42,569 nucleotides of DNA. Source: a virus. Taxonomy: Duplodnaviria; Heunggongvirae; Uroviricota; Caudoviricetes. Shown here one piece after another: positions 21,678 through 31,089 of the stretch (positions are counted from its first letter, which is position 1; every line of letters starts with the position of its first letter). Made by a program: the position numbers and the translations under genes. A model generated the notes under the pieces. That model had not been told where the DNA came from and did no database searches. It saw only the letters and a program-made list of their open reading frames with translations. The stretch covers positions 1 to 42,569 of IMG/VR virus record IMGVR_UViG_2870469529_000003; one strand, written 5' to 3'.

Positions 21678-22149
21678 GGTTGAATAGCTCCTTGATACGA
21701 GAGCGCCGCTTATCGCGATCTCCCTTATCAGGTGTCACGTCTTCAACTTGCGACTGCTCTTTGAGGCCCAAATCACGGGCGATGATGTTAGCGTTGAGAA
21801 GGTCAGCGGCTGCGCCAGAGAATTTCTGGTCGTAGATGATGTCTTCCGCTCGTGATGTGACGTCAGAAAAACCTTCCATTGACCGGAAGGTTCCCCATGT
21901 TTGCCTGGTGATATCAAGGAAGGTACACAATCCTGAAATAGTCATGGCTCGCATCTTAGGGACATTAGCCTTAATTATTTTTCCCTGATATGAAAATACC
22001 TTACCCTCCCATAGCGGGTTATCATCAGCCCACTCGAAGTATTCACAACAAGCAGCCCACAGCGCCTCAGGCGATTCGAATTTAGGGTTTCGCCCATGAC
22101 TACTGCGGGCCTCCCAGAATCGGTTGCCCTTTGGTGCTGCCATATTCAT
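21655..22149 (-). CDS. Terminase small subunit, P22 gp3-like (true start may be 2 codons in, at MAAPKGN)
   Basis: ...[37 protein letters not shown]... closely matches my recollection of P22 gp3; the pac site probably lies inside this gene. Confidence 0.85.
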   Translation of the reverse strand: MNMAAPKGNRFWEARSSHGRNPKFESPEALWAACCEYFEWADDNPLWEGKVFSYQGKIIKANVPKMRAMTISGLCTFLDITRQTWGTFRSMEGFSDVTSRAEDIIYDQKFSGAAADLLNANIIARDLGLKEQSQVEDVTPDKGDRDKRRSRIKELFNRGTGRDS

Positions 22150-22178
22150 CTCACTTAATCGTTATTTCAGGTTGAGCA

Positions 22179-22421
22179 TCATGCTCCGGTAGTGAACAGG
22201 TCTAACGCTTCCTTCGATTTACGCACCGCTTCGAATGTGCGGATCGTGATATCCGAATTAGCGCCGCCTGACTGGAAGTGAATTTTGAATAGCTCAAGCT
22301 TCAGTTCGTCAGTGCCAATGAACTGAAATGCTTCCTCTGCGGCTGCGTTCTGGTTCATGACCAGTTTGTAAATCTCTAACTGGAATTTCTGTTCTTCAGT
22401 CATGGGAATAATCTCTGCCAT
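22179..22421 (-). CDS. Hypothetical protein, 80 aa
   Basis: ORF immediately upstream of the small terminase gene, same strand; no recognisable motif. Confidence 0.45.
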   Translation of the reverse strand: MAEIIPMTEEQKFQLEIYKLVMNQNAAAEEAFQFIGTDELKLELFKIHFQSGGANSDITIRTFEAVRKSKEALDLFTTGA

Positions 22422-22568
22422 TGTTGGCTCCGTTTATCCGTTAAAAGGGATATCAGTTAAGTTATCCCGTGCAGGGTATAAGCCATTATCAAAGCCACTC
22501 TGTAGGGAATGGCTTTTGTGATGGCAATAAAAAAGGCCGCCTGAGCGACCTTTCATTTTTCATCCGTT

Positions 22569-22787
22569 TTAATCATCTGGGTAATTAAGCGGCATCCAGT
22601 GTGTAACCTTGCTTGCTCCTGAATCGATGAATGCCTTGGTTCTCTGCCAGTAAGAGCCCATACATGATAGTTTGAACACGTCACCAGTATCAGTAAGAGC
22701 TATAACCTCTTTAGACCACATCCCTTCTTTGCTTTCTGGTAGCCGGTGTTCAACATTGATCCATTGGTTTCCGTTATCATCCATCAC
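22569..22787 (-). CDS. Small protein with a DUF551-like C-terminal motif (VTHWMPL), 72 aa
   Basis: C-terminus ...SKVTHWMPLNYPDD shares its motif with the C-terminus of the ORF at 39476-40156. Confidence 0.5.
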   Translation of the reverse strand: MMDDNGNQWINVEHRLPESKEGMWSKEVIALTDTGDVFKLSCMGSYWQRTKAFIDSGASKVTHWMPLNYPDD

Positions 22788-23223
22788 AACCTCGTCTAGT
22801 TGTTCGTCATAGATTCAGTGGCTGGCGGTGACGATTCCGCTTTTCGGGAGCTACCCTAGCCACTGTTTTATTCTATCCGATGTCTTTCCATCAGTCCGCC
22901 ACCACAAAGAATCTTTTTTGCCATAAGGCAGGAGGTTCATCTTTCAGTGGCTGCCAGTGTTATTTCCCCACTTACTGGCTTGGGTTGTTTCGCTGTACTG
23001 CCGTAACTGGTTGCCCAGAATAAATTCCGGTTTCATTATCAAGCCCACCCGTAGATAGGCTTTGTAATGAACTGGCTCTTATCTCAACGCAGCCCCTTAC
23101 CGCGCGCCAGATGCTCAACTTCAAGCATCAGCAATGAGATGTTTAATCTGGATTCACTCCAGAAGTGATCACCACCCTGTCTACAGAGCTAGATGTGAAG
23201 GATGATGAGTAAAATTATCGCTA

Positions 23224-23691
23224 TCATCGAAGGCATTGCGTCCTGATGTATTCCTGAAGCGTTCTCAGTGCTGTTTGGTCGCGGATAATTCCGTCCCGGA
23301 CACCGAGAACGTTTCGTCCAGCAACTGGAGAGAGTTCGACGGTGGCATCATTGCCCATGCCGGAGGCGCCGGAGGTTTCGGCTGAGGATGGCACAGGGCA
23401 TTTTCCTTTGACGAGCACCCTGCCACCATTATCAAGCTTGCGACGAAGAGCATCATTTTCAGCTTTCGCATCAGCTAACTCCTTCGTGTATTTAGCATCG
23501 AGTACATCAGCAGCACGCTGGCGTTGCTGCATGTCAGTAATGGTGGCGGTCGCCTGCTTCAGCTCACTGACTTTTTTATCTCGCTGCTCTTTGTAGGCGA
23601 TGGCGTTATCACGGTAATGATTGACCGCCCATGACAGGCAGACGATGATGCAGATAACCAGAGCGGAGATAATCGCGGTTACTCTGCTCAT
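23224..23691 (-). CDS. Rz-type i-spanin (inner-membrane spanin subunit)
   Basis: N-terminal TM helix, coiled-coil body; directly downstream of the endolysin; contains the embedded Rz1 frame. Confidence 0.8.
   Translation of the reverse strand: MSRVTAIISALVICIIVCLSWAVNHYRDNAIAYKEQRDKKVSELKQATATITDMQQRQRAADVLDAKYTKELADAKAENDALRRKLDNGGRVLVKGKCPVPSSAETSGASGMGNDATVELSPVAGRNVLGVRDGIIRDQTALRTLQEYIRTQCLR
23265..23471 (-). CDS. Rz1-type o-spanin lipoprotein, embedded in Rz in another frame
   Basis: Lipobox (LIMVAGC) followed by a Pro-rich segment ([11 protein letters not shown]), entirely inside Rz. Confidence 0.7.
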   Translation of the reverse strand: MRKLKMMLFVASLIMVAGCSSKENALCHPQPKPPAPPAWAMMPPSNSLQLLDETFSVSGTELSATKQH

Positions 23692-24164
23692 ACCTCAATC
23701 TCTCTGACCGTTCCGCCAGCTTCTTTGAATTTTGCAATCAGGCTATCAGCCTTATGCTCGAACTGACCATAACCAGCCCCCGGCAGTGAAGCCCAGATAT
23801 TGCTGCAACGGTCGATAGCCTGACGGATATCACCGCGATCAATCATCGGTAAAGCGCCACGCTCTTTAATCTGCTGCAATGCCACAGCGTCCTGGCTTTT
23901 GGGAGAGAAGTCTTTCAGGCCAAGCTGCTTACGATAGGCATCCCACCAACGGGAAAGAAGCTGGTAACGTCCGGCTGCTGTTGATTTGAGTTTGGGGTTT
24001 AGCGTGACAAGTTTGCGAGGGTGATCGGAGTAATCAGTAAATAGCTCTCCGCCAACAATGACGTCATAACCATGATTTCTGGTTTTCTGACGTCCGTTAT
24101 CTGTCCCCTCTGACCACGCCAGCATATCGAGGAACGCCTTACGTTGATTATTGATTTCCACCAT
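23688..24164 (-). CDS. Endolysin, lambda R-type lytic transglycosylase, 158 aa
   Basis: [51 protein letters not shown]... appears near-identical to lambda R. Confidence 0.9.
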   Translation of the reverse strand: MVEINNQRKAFLDMLAWSEGTDNGRQKTRNHGYDVIVGGELFTDYSDHPRKLVTLNPKLKSTAAGRYQLLSRWWDAYRKQLGLKDFSPKSQDAVALQQIKERGALPMIDRGDIRQAIDRCSNIWASLPGAGYGQFEHKADSLIAKFKEAGGTVREIEV

Positions 24165-24471
24165 CTTCTACTCCGGCTTTTTTAGCAGCGAAGCGTTTGA
24201 TAAGCGAACCAATCGAGTCAGTACCGATGTAGCCGATAAACACGCTCGTTATATAAGCGAGATTGCTACTTAGTCCGGCGAAGTCGAGAAGGTCACGAAT
24301 GAACCAGGCGATAATGGCGCACATCGTTGCGTCGATTACTGTTTTTGTAAACGCACCGCCATTATATCTGCCGCGAAGGTACGCCATTGCAAACGCAAGG
24401 ATTGCCCCGATGCCTTGTTCCTTTGCCGCGAGAATGGCGGCTAACAGGTCATGTTTTTCTGGCATCTTCAT
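24148..24471 (-). CDS. Holin, lambda S-type class I, 107 aa, with dual-start MKMPEK motif
   Basis: [41 protein letters not shown]... appears near-identical to lambda S. Confidence 0.9.
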   Translation of the reverse strand: MKMPEKHDLLAAILAAKEQGIGAILAFAMAYLRGRYNGGAFTKTVIDATMCAIIAWFIRDLLDFAGLSSNLAYITSVFIGYIGTDSIGSLIKRFAAKKAGVEDGGNQ

Positions 24472-24761
24472 GTCTTACCCCCAATAAGGGGATTTGCTCT
24501 ATTTAATTAGGAATAAGGTCGATTACTGATAGAACAAATCCAGGCTACTGTGTTTAGTAATCAGATTTGTTCGTGACCGATATGCACGGGCAAAACGGCA
24601 GGAGGTTGTTAGCGCAGCCTCTTGCCACCCGCTTTCACGAAGCCAGCCATTGCGCTGGTTTTCTTTTATGCAAAGCACACCGCACCGTAGCCACAGCGGA
24701 TAAGGTGATTATTTTGGTCTGTCTGGTATTTGGTTTGATGCGCTTTCAGAAAGGTCGTGCT

Positions 24762-24790
24762 TAAAACGCAAAAAGCCCCGAGCTATTAAC
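24762..24790 (-). terminator. Rho-independent terminator of the short pR' leader transcript (tR' equivalent)
   Basis: Minus strand reads AAAGCCCTGAGTTAATAGCTCGGGGCTTTTTGCG: GC stem plus T-tract, roughly 60-70 nt downstream of pR'. Confidence 0.7.
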
Positions 24791-24833
24791 TCAGGGCTTT
24801 ATTTAACGAGTGCATTTATCCATCGTTGAGTCA

Positions 24834-24862
24834 AATTTACCCAACTTTATTCAAAAAGTCAA
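24834..24862 (-). promoter_or_regulatory. Late promoter pR' (with qut region just downstream)
   Basis: Minus strand TTGACT-17 nt-TAAATT immediately downstream of Q, matching the lambda pR' hexamers. Confidence 0.75.
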
Positions 24863-24904
24863 TATTATGCCGTTAATATGTTGCCATCCGTGGCAATCAT
24901 GCTG

Positions 24905-25528
24905 CTAACGTGTGACCGCGTTCAAAATGTTGTCTGCGATTGACTCTTCCTTGTGGCATTGCACCACCAGAGCGTCATACAGCGGCTTAACAGTGCGTGA
25001 CCAGGTGGGTTGAGTAAGGTTTGGGATTAGCATCGTTACAGCGCGATATGCGGCGCTTGCTGGCATTCTTGAATAGCCGACACCTTTGCATCTTCCGCAT
25101 TCTTTCTCAACAACTCTCCCCCACAGCTCTGTTTTTGCTATATCAACCGCACGACCTGTACCGTGGCAATCTCTGCATCTTGCGCCCGGCGTCGCGGCAC
25201 TACGGCAATAATCCGCATAAGCGAATGTTGCGAGCACTTGCAGTACCTTTGCCTTAGTATTTCCTTCGAGCTTTGCCACACCACGGTATTTCCCCGATAC
25301 CTTGTGTGCAAATTGCATCAGATAGTTGATAGCCTTTTGTTTGTCGTTCTGGCTGAGTTCATGCTTACCGCAGAATGCAGCCATTCCGAATCCGGCTTGT
25401 GATTGTGCCATCCCCATAGCAGCCATCACATCAGTACCGGAAAGAGAGTCAGAAGCCGTAGCCCGTGGTGAGTCGCTCATCATCGGGCTTTTTGGCGAAT
25501 GAAATTTAGCTACGCTTTCGAGTCTCAT
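24905..25528 (-). CDS. Late antiterminator Q, lambda-type, 207 aa
   Basis: Sequence appears near-identical to lambda Q, including the Zn-finger CRDCHGTG...CGRCKG. Confidence 0.9.
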   Translation of the reverse strand: MRLESVAKFHSPKSPMMSDSPRATASDSLSGTDVMAAMGMAQSQAGFGMAAFCGKHELSQNDKQKAINYLMQFAHKVSGKYRGVAKLEGNTKAKVLQVLATFAYADYCRSAATPGARCRDCHGTGRAVDIAKTELWGRVVEKECGRCKGVGYSRMPASAAYRAVTMLIPNLTQPTWSRTVKPLYDALVVQCHKEESIADNILNAVTR

Positions 25529-25713
25529 GGCCTTCCCCTCTTGCCCTGCTTGACCATCAGGACGCCGTTAACTATTACGTGACGCTCGCCTTTGCTGTCT
25601 CGGTTGTACTTGAGCACTGTTCCTCTTGCGCAGGAAAGCATCCTTGCCACTTCGGTCTGATTGCCTCGTGTCTGGATAAGAAGCTCTGGTATCGTTTGAA
25701 TTGTGGCGTTCAT
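25525..25713 (-). CDS. NinH-like protein, 62 aa
   Basis: Small basic protein directly upstream of Q, as in the lambda nin region. Confidence 0.6.
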   Translation of the reverse strand: MNATIQTIPELLIQTRGNQTEVARMLSCARGTVLKYNRDSKGERHVIVNGVLMVKQGKRGRP

Positions 25714-26072
25714 GCGTTCTCCAGTTCGGTGATTTTTATTCCAAGCCTTCCGCCTGGTACTTTCACGCCACGAATTACGCGAATGTCATCGAATTGCTCG
25801 TCGTCTTCCGCAAATCCGGCGTGGATAAGGGAGTCGAGTAAACCTTTCAGGATGTTGTCGAGGTCGCGGCGGCGGGAGTCTGGAACGTCTGCGATGACTT
25901 TGATGCGGAGTCGTGATTTGGTGAAAATGTCTAACTTAAGTTGGCGGATGATTTGCTGAACGTCTTTTCGGTATTTCTGGCCTTTATCGCTGATGTAGTA
26001 TTGGCTTCCCCGTCTTCGCCAGTAGGTGTTCACCGACGGCGGGTATGGAAGCACAAACTGATATTCGTTCAT
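25710..26072 (-). CDS. RusA-family Holliday-junction resolvase, 120 aa
   Basis: Motifs ...YPPSVNTYWRRRG... and ...DSRRRDLDNILKGLLDSL... match RusA catalytic residues. Confidence 0.8.
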   Translation of the reverse strand: MNEYQFVLPYPPSVNTYWRRRGSQYYISDKGQKYRKDVQQIIRQLKLDIFTKSRLRIKVIADVPDSRRRDLDNILKGLLDSLIHAGFAEDDEQFDDIRVIRGVKVPGGRLGIKITELENA

Positions 26073-26359
26073 GGCTTAATCTTCCCCTCCTTCAGCAGTA
26101 TCGCCTGCGTCCTGATCACGCCTTCCAGGTGGTAAAGTCTGGCGTCTTTGTTGTCGAGGTTATGGGTGCGTCGGTCGATTTCATCGTGACACGCGCTACA
26201 AGCCCATGCGCCGATCAGGTCGTCAGGCTTCATTCCCGTTCCGCAAATTCCAGCCATCCGGTAATGTGCCAGAACTGTAGTTTCAGGATTACCATTGCAT
26301 ACGCCGTAAATACGTACCTGGCATTCTCTGCCGCGCGCTTCTTTGCGTAGGTTAGCCAT
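26069..26359 (-). CDS. Cys-rich nin-region protein (DUF1364-like), 96 aa
   Basis: Multiple CxxC-like pairs (CQVRIYGVC, CSAC); typical lambdoid nin-region gene. Confidence 0.55.
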   Translation of the reverse strand: MANLRKEARGRECQVRIYGVCNGNPETTVLAHYRMAGICGTGMKPDDLIGAWACSACHDEIDRRTHNLDNKDARLYHLEGVIRTQAILLKEGKIKP

Positions 26360-27081
26360 TAAGCAGCCTCCCCTGTTACTTTCAGCATTCCGTTATCGAG
26401 CAGCTTTCTGGTCAGCCACTGTTGACCACGCCCGGTGATTTTTGTGGTGAACGATATCTGTATTCCGTGATTTGTGTTGACCGTTGTTTCTTTCACTGTG
26501 AAATAGCCGCGATCCATATATTCCTGCATTGGCACATTGCGCCGGGAACCTGAAGCAATAAGGATTTTGTGATCGCGCATCCACGCAAACAGTTTGTTTG
26601 GACCAATCCCAACAACCTTTGCAAAGTTTCCAATCAAAATTCCGCTGGCCTCGCCAACACGATCGGCAAACTCAACTTTAGGTGCGGCAATTGCGAGCTG
26701 GTTTTCCAGTTGCATTTTCTGCTCAGCAAGGTCAGCAGCAAGGCGCAACGCTTCTGGTAGCGTTTTGGGGATATTAACCGCAGCTTCTTCAAGCTCTCGC
26801 CAACGGTCAACAAGACGAGCGGTGAATTCCGGCGACAACTGAGCGACGACAATGATGCTGTCTCGCTTACCTTGTTCGCCCTCAAAAACGTAAGCCTCTA
26901 CGCCACGAAGTAATCCTAAGTTATTGATTTTTTCGAAAACCACCATTGGGGGATTTCGGATCACACCTCGAGCCGCCAGTCGTTCAATAGATTGTTTCAC
27001 CTTGTCATGACGACTTCCCACCAACTCAGCAATTTCAATGCTTGTCATTTTGATGGCATTGCCATTTATTAACTCATTCAT
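26359..27081 (-). CDS. Rha-family regulatory protein with C-terminal KilAC domain (antirepressor-like), 240 aa
   Basis: N-terminal Rha-like region (MTSIEIAELVGSRHDKV...) and C-terminal KilAC-like region (FAKVVGIGPNKLFAWMRDHK...). Confidence 0.65.
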   Translation of the reverse strand: MNELINGNAIKMTSIEIAELVGSRHDKVKQSIERLAARGVIRNPPMVVFEKINNLGLLRGVEAYVFEGEQGKRDSIIVVAQLSPEFTARLVDRWRELEEAAVNIPKTLPEALRLAADLAEQKMQLENQLAIAAPKVEFADRVGEASGILIGNFAKVVGIGPNKLFAWMRDHKILIASGSRRNVPMQEYMDRGYFTVKETTVNTNHGIQISFTTKITGRGQQWLTRKLLDNGMLKVTGEAA

Positions 27082-27250
27082 CGTCTTCTTCCTCGTACAT
27101 TGAGCTATTCGGATCGCTCATCAGTTCTGCACAGCAGTGCTCACACACGTGAACTTCCAGCACATGCAGCTTCTGACCGCAGTTAGCGCACGTTAAAGCT
27201 CGCTCGACGCTTTCTTTCTGGTATTGAAGGGATTGGGATGGGCTAAGCAT
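27074..27250 (-). CDS. Small Zn-ribbon protein (CxxC...CxxC), 58 aa
   Basis: Not in the ORF track (under 60 aa); ATG overlaps the stop of the upstream gene and its TGA overlaps the Rha start, a coupled arrangement. Confidence 0.4.
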   Translation of the reverse strand: MLSPSQSLQYQKESVERALTCANCGQKLHVLEVHVCEHCCAELMSDPNSSMYEEEDDE

Positions 27251-27641
27251 TATTGGCGTCCTGCATCATGAGAAAGACAATCATGGCGGCGCGTAGTGGA
27301 TTAGACTGATGCTGAATTCCGAACTTTTGACAAGATGAAATCGCATCACACCACTCGTGATATTCGCCTTCATATCTCGTATCGGTACTATCAAACATTA
27401 TGCTGATTTTGTTTTCAGTGATAATTGGCCATGCGTCTTCAGGATTATTGCAGTAGTCGTACCATCGATAATTACCATTTGATTCATTGCCGACAGACCG
27501 TCCATCTGCGTTGTGCGGATAACCTAATGGTTTTGCCCCAACTATCGCTTTAAATACTCGCTTGTTAATTTCAAAATCACTTAACTGTGAATAATCCATT
27601 GTCATTTCCTCGCACGATGTCTTAGCCACCGGATATCCCAC
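27243..27641 (-). CDS. Conserved nin-region protein of unknown function, 132 aa
   Basis: ORF in operon context; Trp/Tyr-rich; no motif I can assign. Confidence 0.5.
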   Translation of the reverse strand: MGYPVAKTSCEEMTMDYSQLSDFEINKRVFKAIVGAKPLGYPHNADGRSVGNESNGNYRWYDYCNNPEDAWPIITENKISIMFDSTDTRYEGEYHEWCDAISSCQKFGIQHQSNPLRAAMIVFLMMQDANNA

Positions 27642-27744
27642 AGGTGAGCCGTGTAGTTGAAGGTTTTTACGTCAGATTCTTTTGGGATTGACTTGCGTTT
27701 ATTTCTGAAGCGTTTCGTTGGAAGGTATTTGAAGTTTTCGCAGA

Positions 27745-27936
27745 TTATGTCGGTGATGCTTCGTCGCTGTCTCGCCACACGTCCTCCTTTTCCTGCGGTA
27801 GTGGTAACACCCCTGTTGGTGTTCTTTCACACCGGAGACACCATCGATTCCAGTAAGGCTGTCCTGGTCGAAAGCGATCGTCTTCCTTTCGCTCTCCACA
27901 TCGATAACAGTGCTTCATGCGATCACCATTTTGCAT
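27745..27936 (-). CDS. Small Zn-ribbon protein (CYRC...CLRC), 63 aa
   Basis: Two CxxC pairs; start overlaps the end of the methyltransferase gene by about 22 nt. Confidence 0.35.
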   Translation of the reverse strand: MQNGDRMKHCYRCGERKEDDRFRPGQPYWNRWCLRCERTPTGVLPLPQEKEDVWRDSDEASPT

Positions 27937-28505
27937 GGTTTAATCGCCATGCCGGGAGCCAGTTCAAAATCGGAGTCGCACTGATTGCCCCACATATCCC
28001 ACCCGGTCACTTTGTCGCGGCTAAATAACTCACAGCGCGGCACGTCGCCAAGCAACTTAGCTAACATGTCTCTTACGATCGGTGGTTTTGCACTGTGCTC
28101 CATTCTCGGTGCGGTAAAGTGCTGGCATATGGAAGCGTCCATTCTCTCAGGCAGCCGCCCTCGAACAGCAAACAAGCAATCCTCGCTATTTGCCCTGGTC
28201 ATATGCCCCATTCCGATCGCACTGTTTCCTTTGTGCTTATTGGTTTTATGCCAGGTAAAGCCTTTCATAGTCATCAACCTGAATCCCCACGCCTCAACTA
28301 CCTTTAGCGCTTCGGCTGGCTGTGTCGGCACCCACCACATCGCTAACAAGCAAGATTCTGGATCCGCTAAATCCCATACTGGCAGTCGGCAAATGTCCTG
28401 AACATTCATAACATCGTATTTATGTCCAGCACCGCGATTGCCATCGTTGGCTTTGTCGCGATATTGCCAAGGCGGATCTGCGTAAATAAGTCGGTATTTG
28501 TTCAT
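27915..28505 (-). CDS. Orphan DNA N6-adenine methyltransferase, MT-A70 family, 196 aa
   Basis: Catalytic DPPW motif near the N-terminus (YADPPWQY); no adjacent restriction endonuclease. Confidence 0.8.
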   Translation of the reverse strand: MNKYRLIYADPPWQYRDKANDGNRGAGHKYDVMNVQDICRLPVWDLADPESCLLAMWWVPTQPAEALKVVEAWGFRLMTMKGFTWHKTNKHKGNSAIGMGHMTRANSEDCLFAVRGRLPERMDASICQHFTAPRMEHSAKPPIVRDMLAKLLGDVPRCELFSRDKVTGWDMWGNQCDSDFELAPGMAIKPCKMVIA

Positions 28506-28945
28506 TCAGTTTTATCTCCCCATCTCGCTTTCCACTCCAGAGCCAGTCGCGCTTCGTCTGACCACTTAACGCCATGTTCTGTACCGAATGCCTGTATAAG
28601 CTCTAATAGCTCCGCAAATTCGCTTACACGCATCCTGCTGGTTGACTGTCCTATTACCACAAAGCCATTCCCGGCAAGGTTAGGAACAACGTCCTGCTGC
28701 TTTAATGCTGCGGTAAACACACACTTCCAGCTTTCTGCATCCAGCCAGCGCCCATGCCATTCAACCTGACGAGAGACGTCACCAAGGCAAGCCCAAAGCT
28801 TTCGATTCTGGTCTAAGCTGCGGTTGCGTTCCTGAATGGTTACTACGATTGGTTTGGTTGGGTCTGGAAGAATTTGCTGTACCGCGTGAATAGCGTTCTG
28901 CTGATGGATGGGGCTTCTTAGTTCAAACGTTAGTTTCCTCACCAT
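28502..28945 (-). CDS. ninB: NinB/Orf-family recombination mediator, 147 aa
   Basis: Resembles lambda NinB; syntenic downstream of the replication genes. Confidence 0.7.
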   Translation of the reverse strand: MVRKLTFELRSPIHQQNAIHAVQQILPDPTKPIVVTIQERNRSLDQNRKLWACLGDVSRQVEWHGRWLDAESWKCVFTAALKQQDVVPNLAGNGFVVIGQSTSRMRVSEFAELLELIQAFGTEHGVKWSDEARLALEWKARWGDKTE

Positions 28946-29087
28946 TTACGCTCCTGTAATCGTCAAGTGCAGCTGCAATAGTCCCTATCGGGTCATGGTC
29001 TTGTCCGATAATCTCATTTACGTTTTCATCTTCTTCCACACCGAAAAAGAATCGCAGGGCTAACATGATTTCTTCGTATGCGCTCAT
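28923..29087 (-). CDS. Small acidic protein, 54 aa
   Basis: Not in the ORF track; GGAG RBS; stop overlaps the ninB start. Confidence 0.3.
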   Translation of the reverse strand: MSAYEEIMLALRFFFGVEEDENVNEIIGQDHDPIGTIAAALDDYRSVNGEETNV

Positions 29088-29089
29088 AC

Positions 29090-29353
29090 TCACTCCTTCA
29101 CTTTGATTCCAGCGGCGCGGATGGCGTCAGCGCAATAATCGATAGCGCAGTTGTGTCCTTTGTCGAAATCATCCTCAGCCATCACTTTGTCATCGAGTTT
29201 TATCTCGATAGCTGCGCGAGACTTAACCCATGACTGCCAGGCAATCATCTTGATGGCCTGAACGTGAAGTTCTTCGCTGTTGTTAATAGACTCGAACTCT
29301 TCACCAAACCACTCCAAAAACTGCTTTCTTGATTCGTCCATATCACTCTCCAT
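29090..29353 (-). CDS. Hypothetical protein, 87 aa
   Basis: ORF in nin-region operon context. Confidence 0.45.
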   Translation of the reverse strand: MESDMDESRKQFLEWFGEEFESINNSEELHVQAIKMIAWQSWVKSRAAIEIKLDDKVMAEDDFDKGHNCAIDYCADAIRAAGIKVKE

Positions 29354-29368
29354 CGATGATTTTTTGGG

Positions 29369-29551
29369 TTACCAATAATATTTGATAGTCGCCATAATTA
29401 TCGGTAGCAACGCGCAGACGACTGAAAACCGTAAAACAAAACCTACCCCCAATATGCGATATGCATTATTCCAGAGAACAAAACTCATCATCAGAAGGAA
29501 TCCATGAAAAATCGCGACAAGAAATAAACTACAAATAAACGCATTTACCAT
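29369..29551 (-). CDS. Small hydrophobic protein, 60 aa
   Basis: Two predicted TM segments; operon context. Confidence 0.35.
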   Translation of the reverse strand: MVNAFICSLFLVAIFHGFLLMMSFVLWNNAYRILGVGFVLRFSVVCALLPIIMATIKYYW

Positions 29552-29637
29552 CGGTACTTACCCCTCGCTCTTAATCCAATAAAAAAGGGCTACTGTGTAA
29601 ATAGCCCCTGTTATTAGCTCAGTGATGTAGATGGTCA

Positions 29638-31089
29638 TCAGAATCCTCCTTTCTTCTTGGACTGCGGTTCCTCGCGTTCACGGCGGCGCATTTCAGCAGA
29701 CTGTTGGTCTGTGTCATAAATAGCGCCATTTGCCTGAATGCAATACACCGTGCCGGTATTGCCATGACGATTGAGACGAAGGATTAGTTCGGTTTCACCA
29801 GGTGGAACATTGTCATCAAAAGCACCTTCACGATGGATCCCCACCCAATAATCGCAATCCTGTTCAATCTGCCCTGTATCTCGTGAGTCACTTGGTAATG
29901 GGCGTTTATTGGTTCGGCTTTCCAGTGCGCGGTTAAGCTGCGTCAGAAGCACAACAACGCAATCAAGCTCTTTGGCAAGGTTCTTCAGTCCTTTGGTGAT
30001 CATGCCGTAAGCAAGGTCGTTGCGATCGGCCTTTTCAGCGGTCATTAGTGTCAGGTAATCGACCAGAATCATGCCAACACATCCTTTTTCTCGCTTGATT
30101 CGACGGCTTTCGCTGACGATTTGAGCCAGAGATAATCCCGGCGTGTCGTCGATGTAAAGCAGGTCGATTTCACTCAAGCGATTGGCTGTTTCGATCGCCC
30201 TGTTGAAGTCACCATCGTAATCACCCTGATAGCCGTCATCAGCGTCATTTGTCGCCGGAAGGTAAAAAATATTCGGGTTAACACCTGACTTCTGTCCTAC
30301 CAGTTTTTCCAGTATCTGATCACCTGGCATTTCAAGGCTGAACATCAGAGCAGGCTTTTTCTCATGCACTGCGCAGTTGATTGCCATCTGGCTGTATAGC
30401 GTCGTTTTCCCCATCTTAGGGCGAGCGCCAATGACAAACAAAGAGCCTTTCACCAGACCTTTCGGTGACAGCATCCTGTCCAGCGATGGGATCCCTGTGC
30501 TCATTCCTCGTTGTTCACCTGACGGGTCAAAACGCTTCTCAAGGTCGCTAACCCAGTCTTCCATGACATCACCAAATGAGCGAAGTCCGCGACGCGATCC
30601 GGTTTTTGCATGGTCTGTCAGTTGCGTGAAAATCGCCTGAATAGCTTCGTACTTCTGCGTTGCAGTCATTCCGTTGCGGGAATAGAGCAATTCCGTCGCT
30701 TCAGTCATGCGGTTGATGGCGTAGCGTTCCATTGCGGTTTCACGAACCTGCATTGCATAGGCAACGATGTTTGCGGCGCTTGGCGTGTTCTTTGCGATCT
30801 CAGCGATATAAGCAAAACCGCCAACAGACGCCGTTAATGATTTGCGATCCAGTTCATCGAAAAGCGTCAGCCCATCTACTGGCTTTTGCTCCCGGTGCAT
30901 TCTGGTTATTTCATCGAAAATGATTTTGTGTGGTCGGCTGTAAAATGAATCAGGCTTCAGCATCGCCAGAACTTTCCGGACGCGCTCACTGCTGTCATCA
31001 TCCAGAAGCAATCCACCAATAACCGCCTGCTCTGCCTCGATGCTATGGGGCGGCGCATAAAAATTATCGGTCATCGTGTTCACCCTCAC
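29638..31089 (-). CDS. Replicative DNA helicase, DnaB family (P22 gene 12-like), 483 aa
   Basis: N-terminal DnaB domain (PHSIEAEQAVIGGLLLD) and Walker A (GARPKMGKT). Confidence 0.9.
   Translation of the reverse strand: MRVNTMTDNFYAPPHSIEAEQAVIGGLLLDDDSSERVRKVLAMLKPDSFYSRPHKIIFDEITRMHREQKPVDGLTLFDELDRKSLTASVGGFAYIAEIAKNTPSAANIVAYAMQVRETAMERYAINRMTEATELLYSRNGMTATQKYEAIQAIFTQLTDHAKTGSRRGLRSFGDVMEDWVSDLEKRFDPSGEQRGMSTGIPSLDRMLSPKGLVKGSLFVIGARPKMGKTTLYSQMAINCAVHEKKPALMFSLEMPGDQILEKLVGQKSGVNPNIFYLPATNDADDGYQGDYDGDFNRAIETANRLSEIDLLYIDDTPGLSLAQIVSESRRIKREKGCVGMILVDYLTLMTAEKADRNDLAYGMITKGLKNLAKELDCVVVLLTQLNRALESRTNKRPLPSDSRDTGQIEQDCDYWVGIHREGAFDDNVPPGETELILRLNRHGNTGTVYCIQANGAIYDTDQQSAEMRRREREEPQSKKKGGF

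Noticed and set aside
22800-23220. Possible tRNA gene in the gap between Rz and the packaging genes
   Set aside because: No cloverleaf-compatible sequence or T-loop consensus (GTTCGAATC-like) seen by eye; a tRNAscan run would be decisive.
25579-25959. 126-aa plus-strand ORF opposite ninH/rusA
   Set aside because: Antisense to syntenic nin genes; Ser/Arg-rich chance translation.
27657-28401. Plus-strand ORFs (123 aa and 138 aa) opposite the methyltransferase region
   Set aside because: Antisense to the MT-A70 gene, which has a clear catalytic motif.
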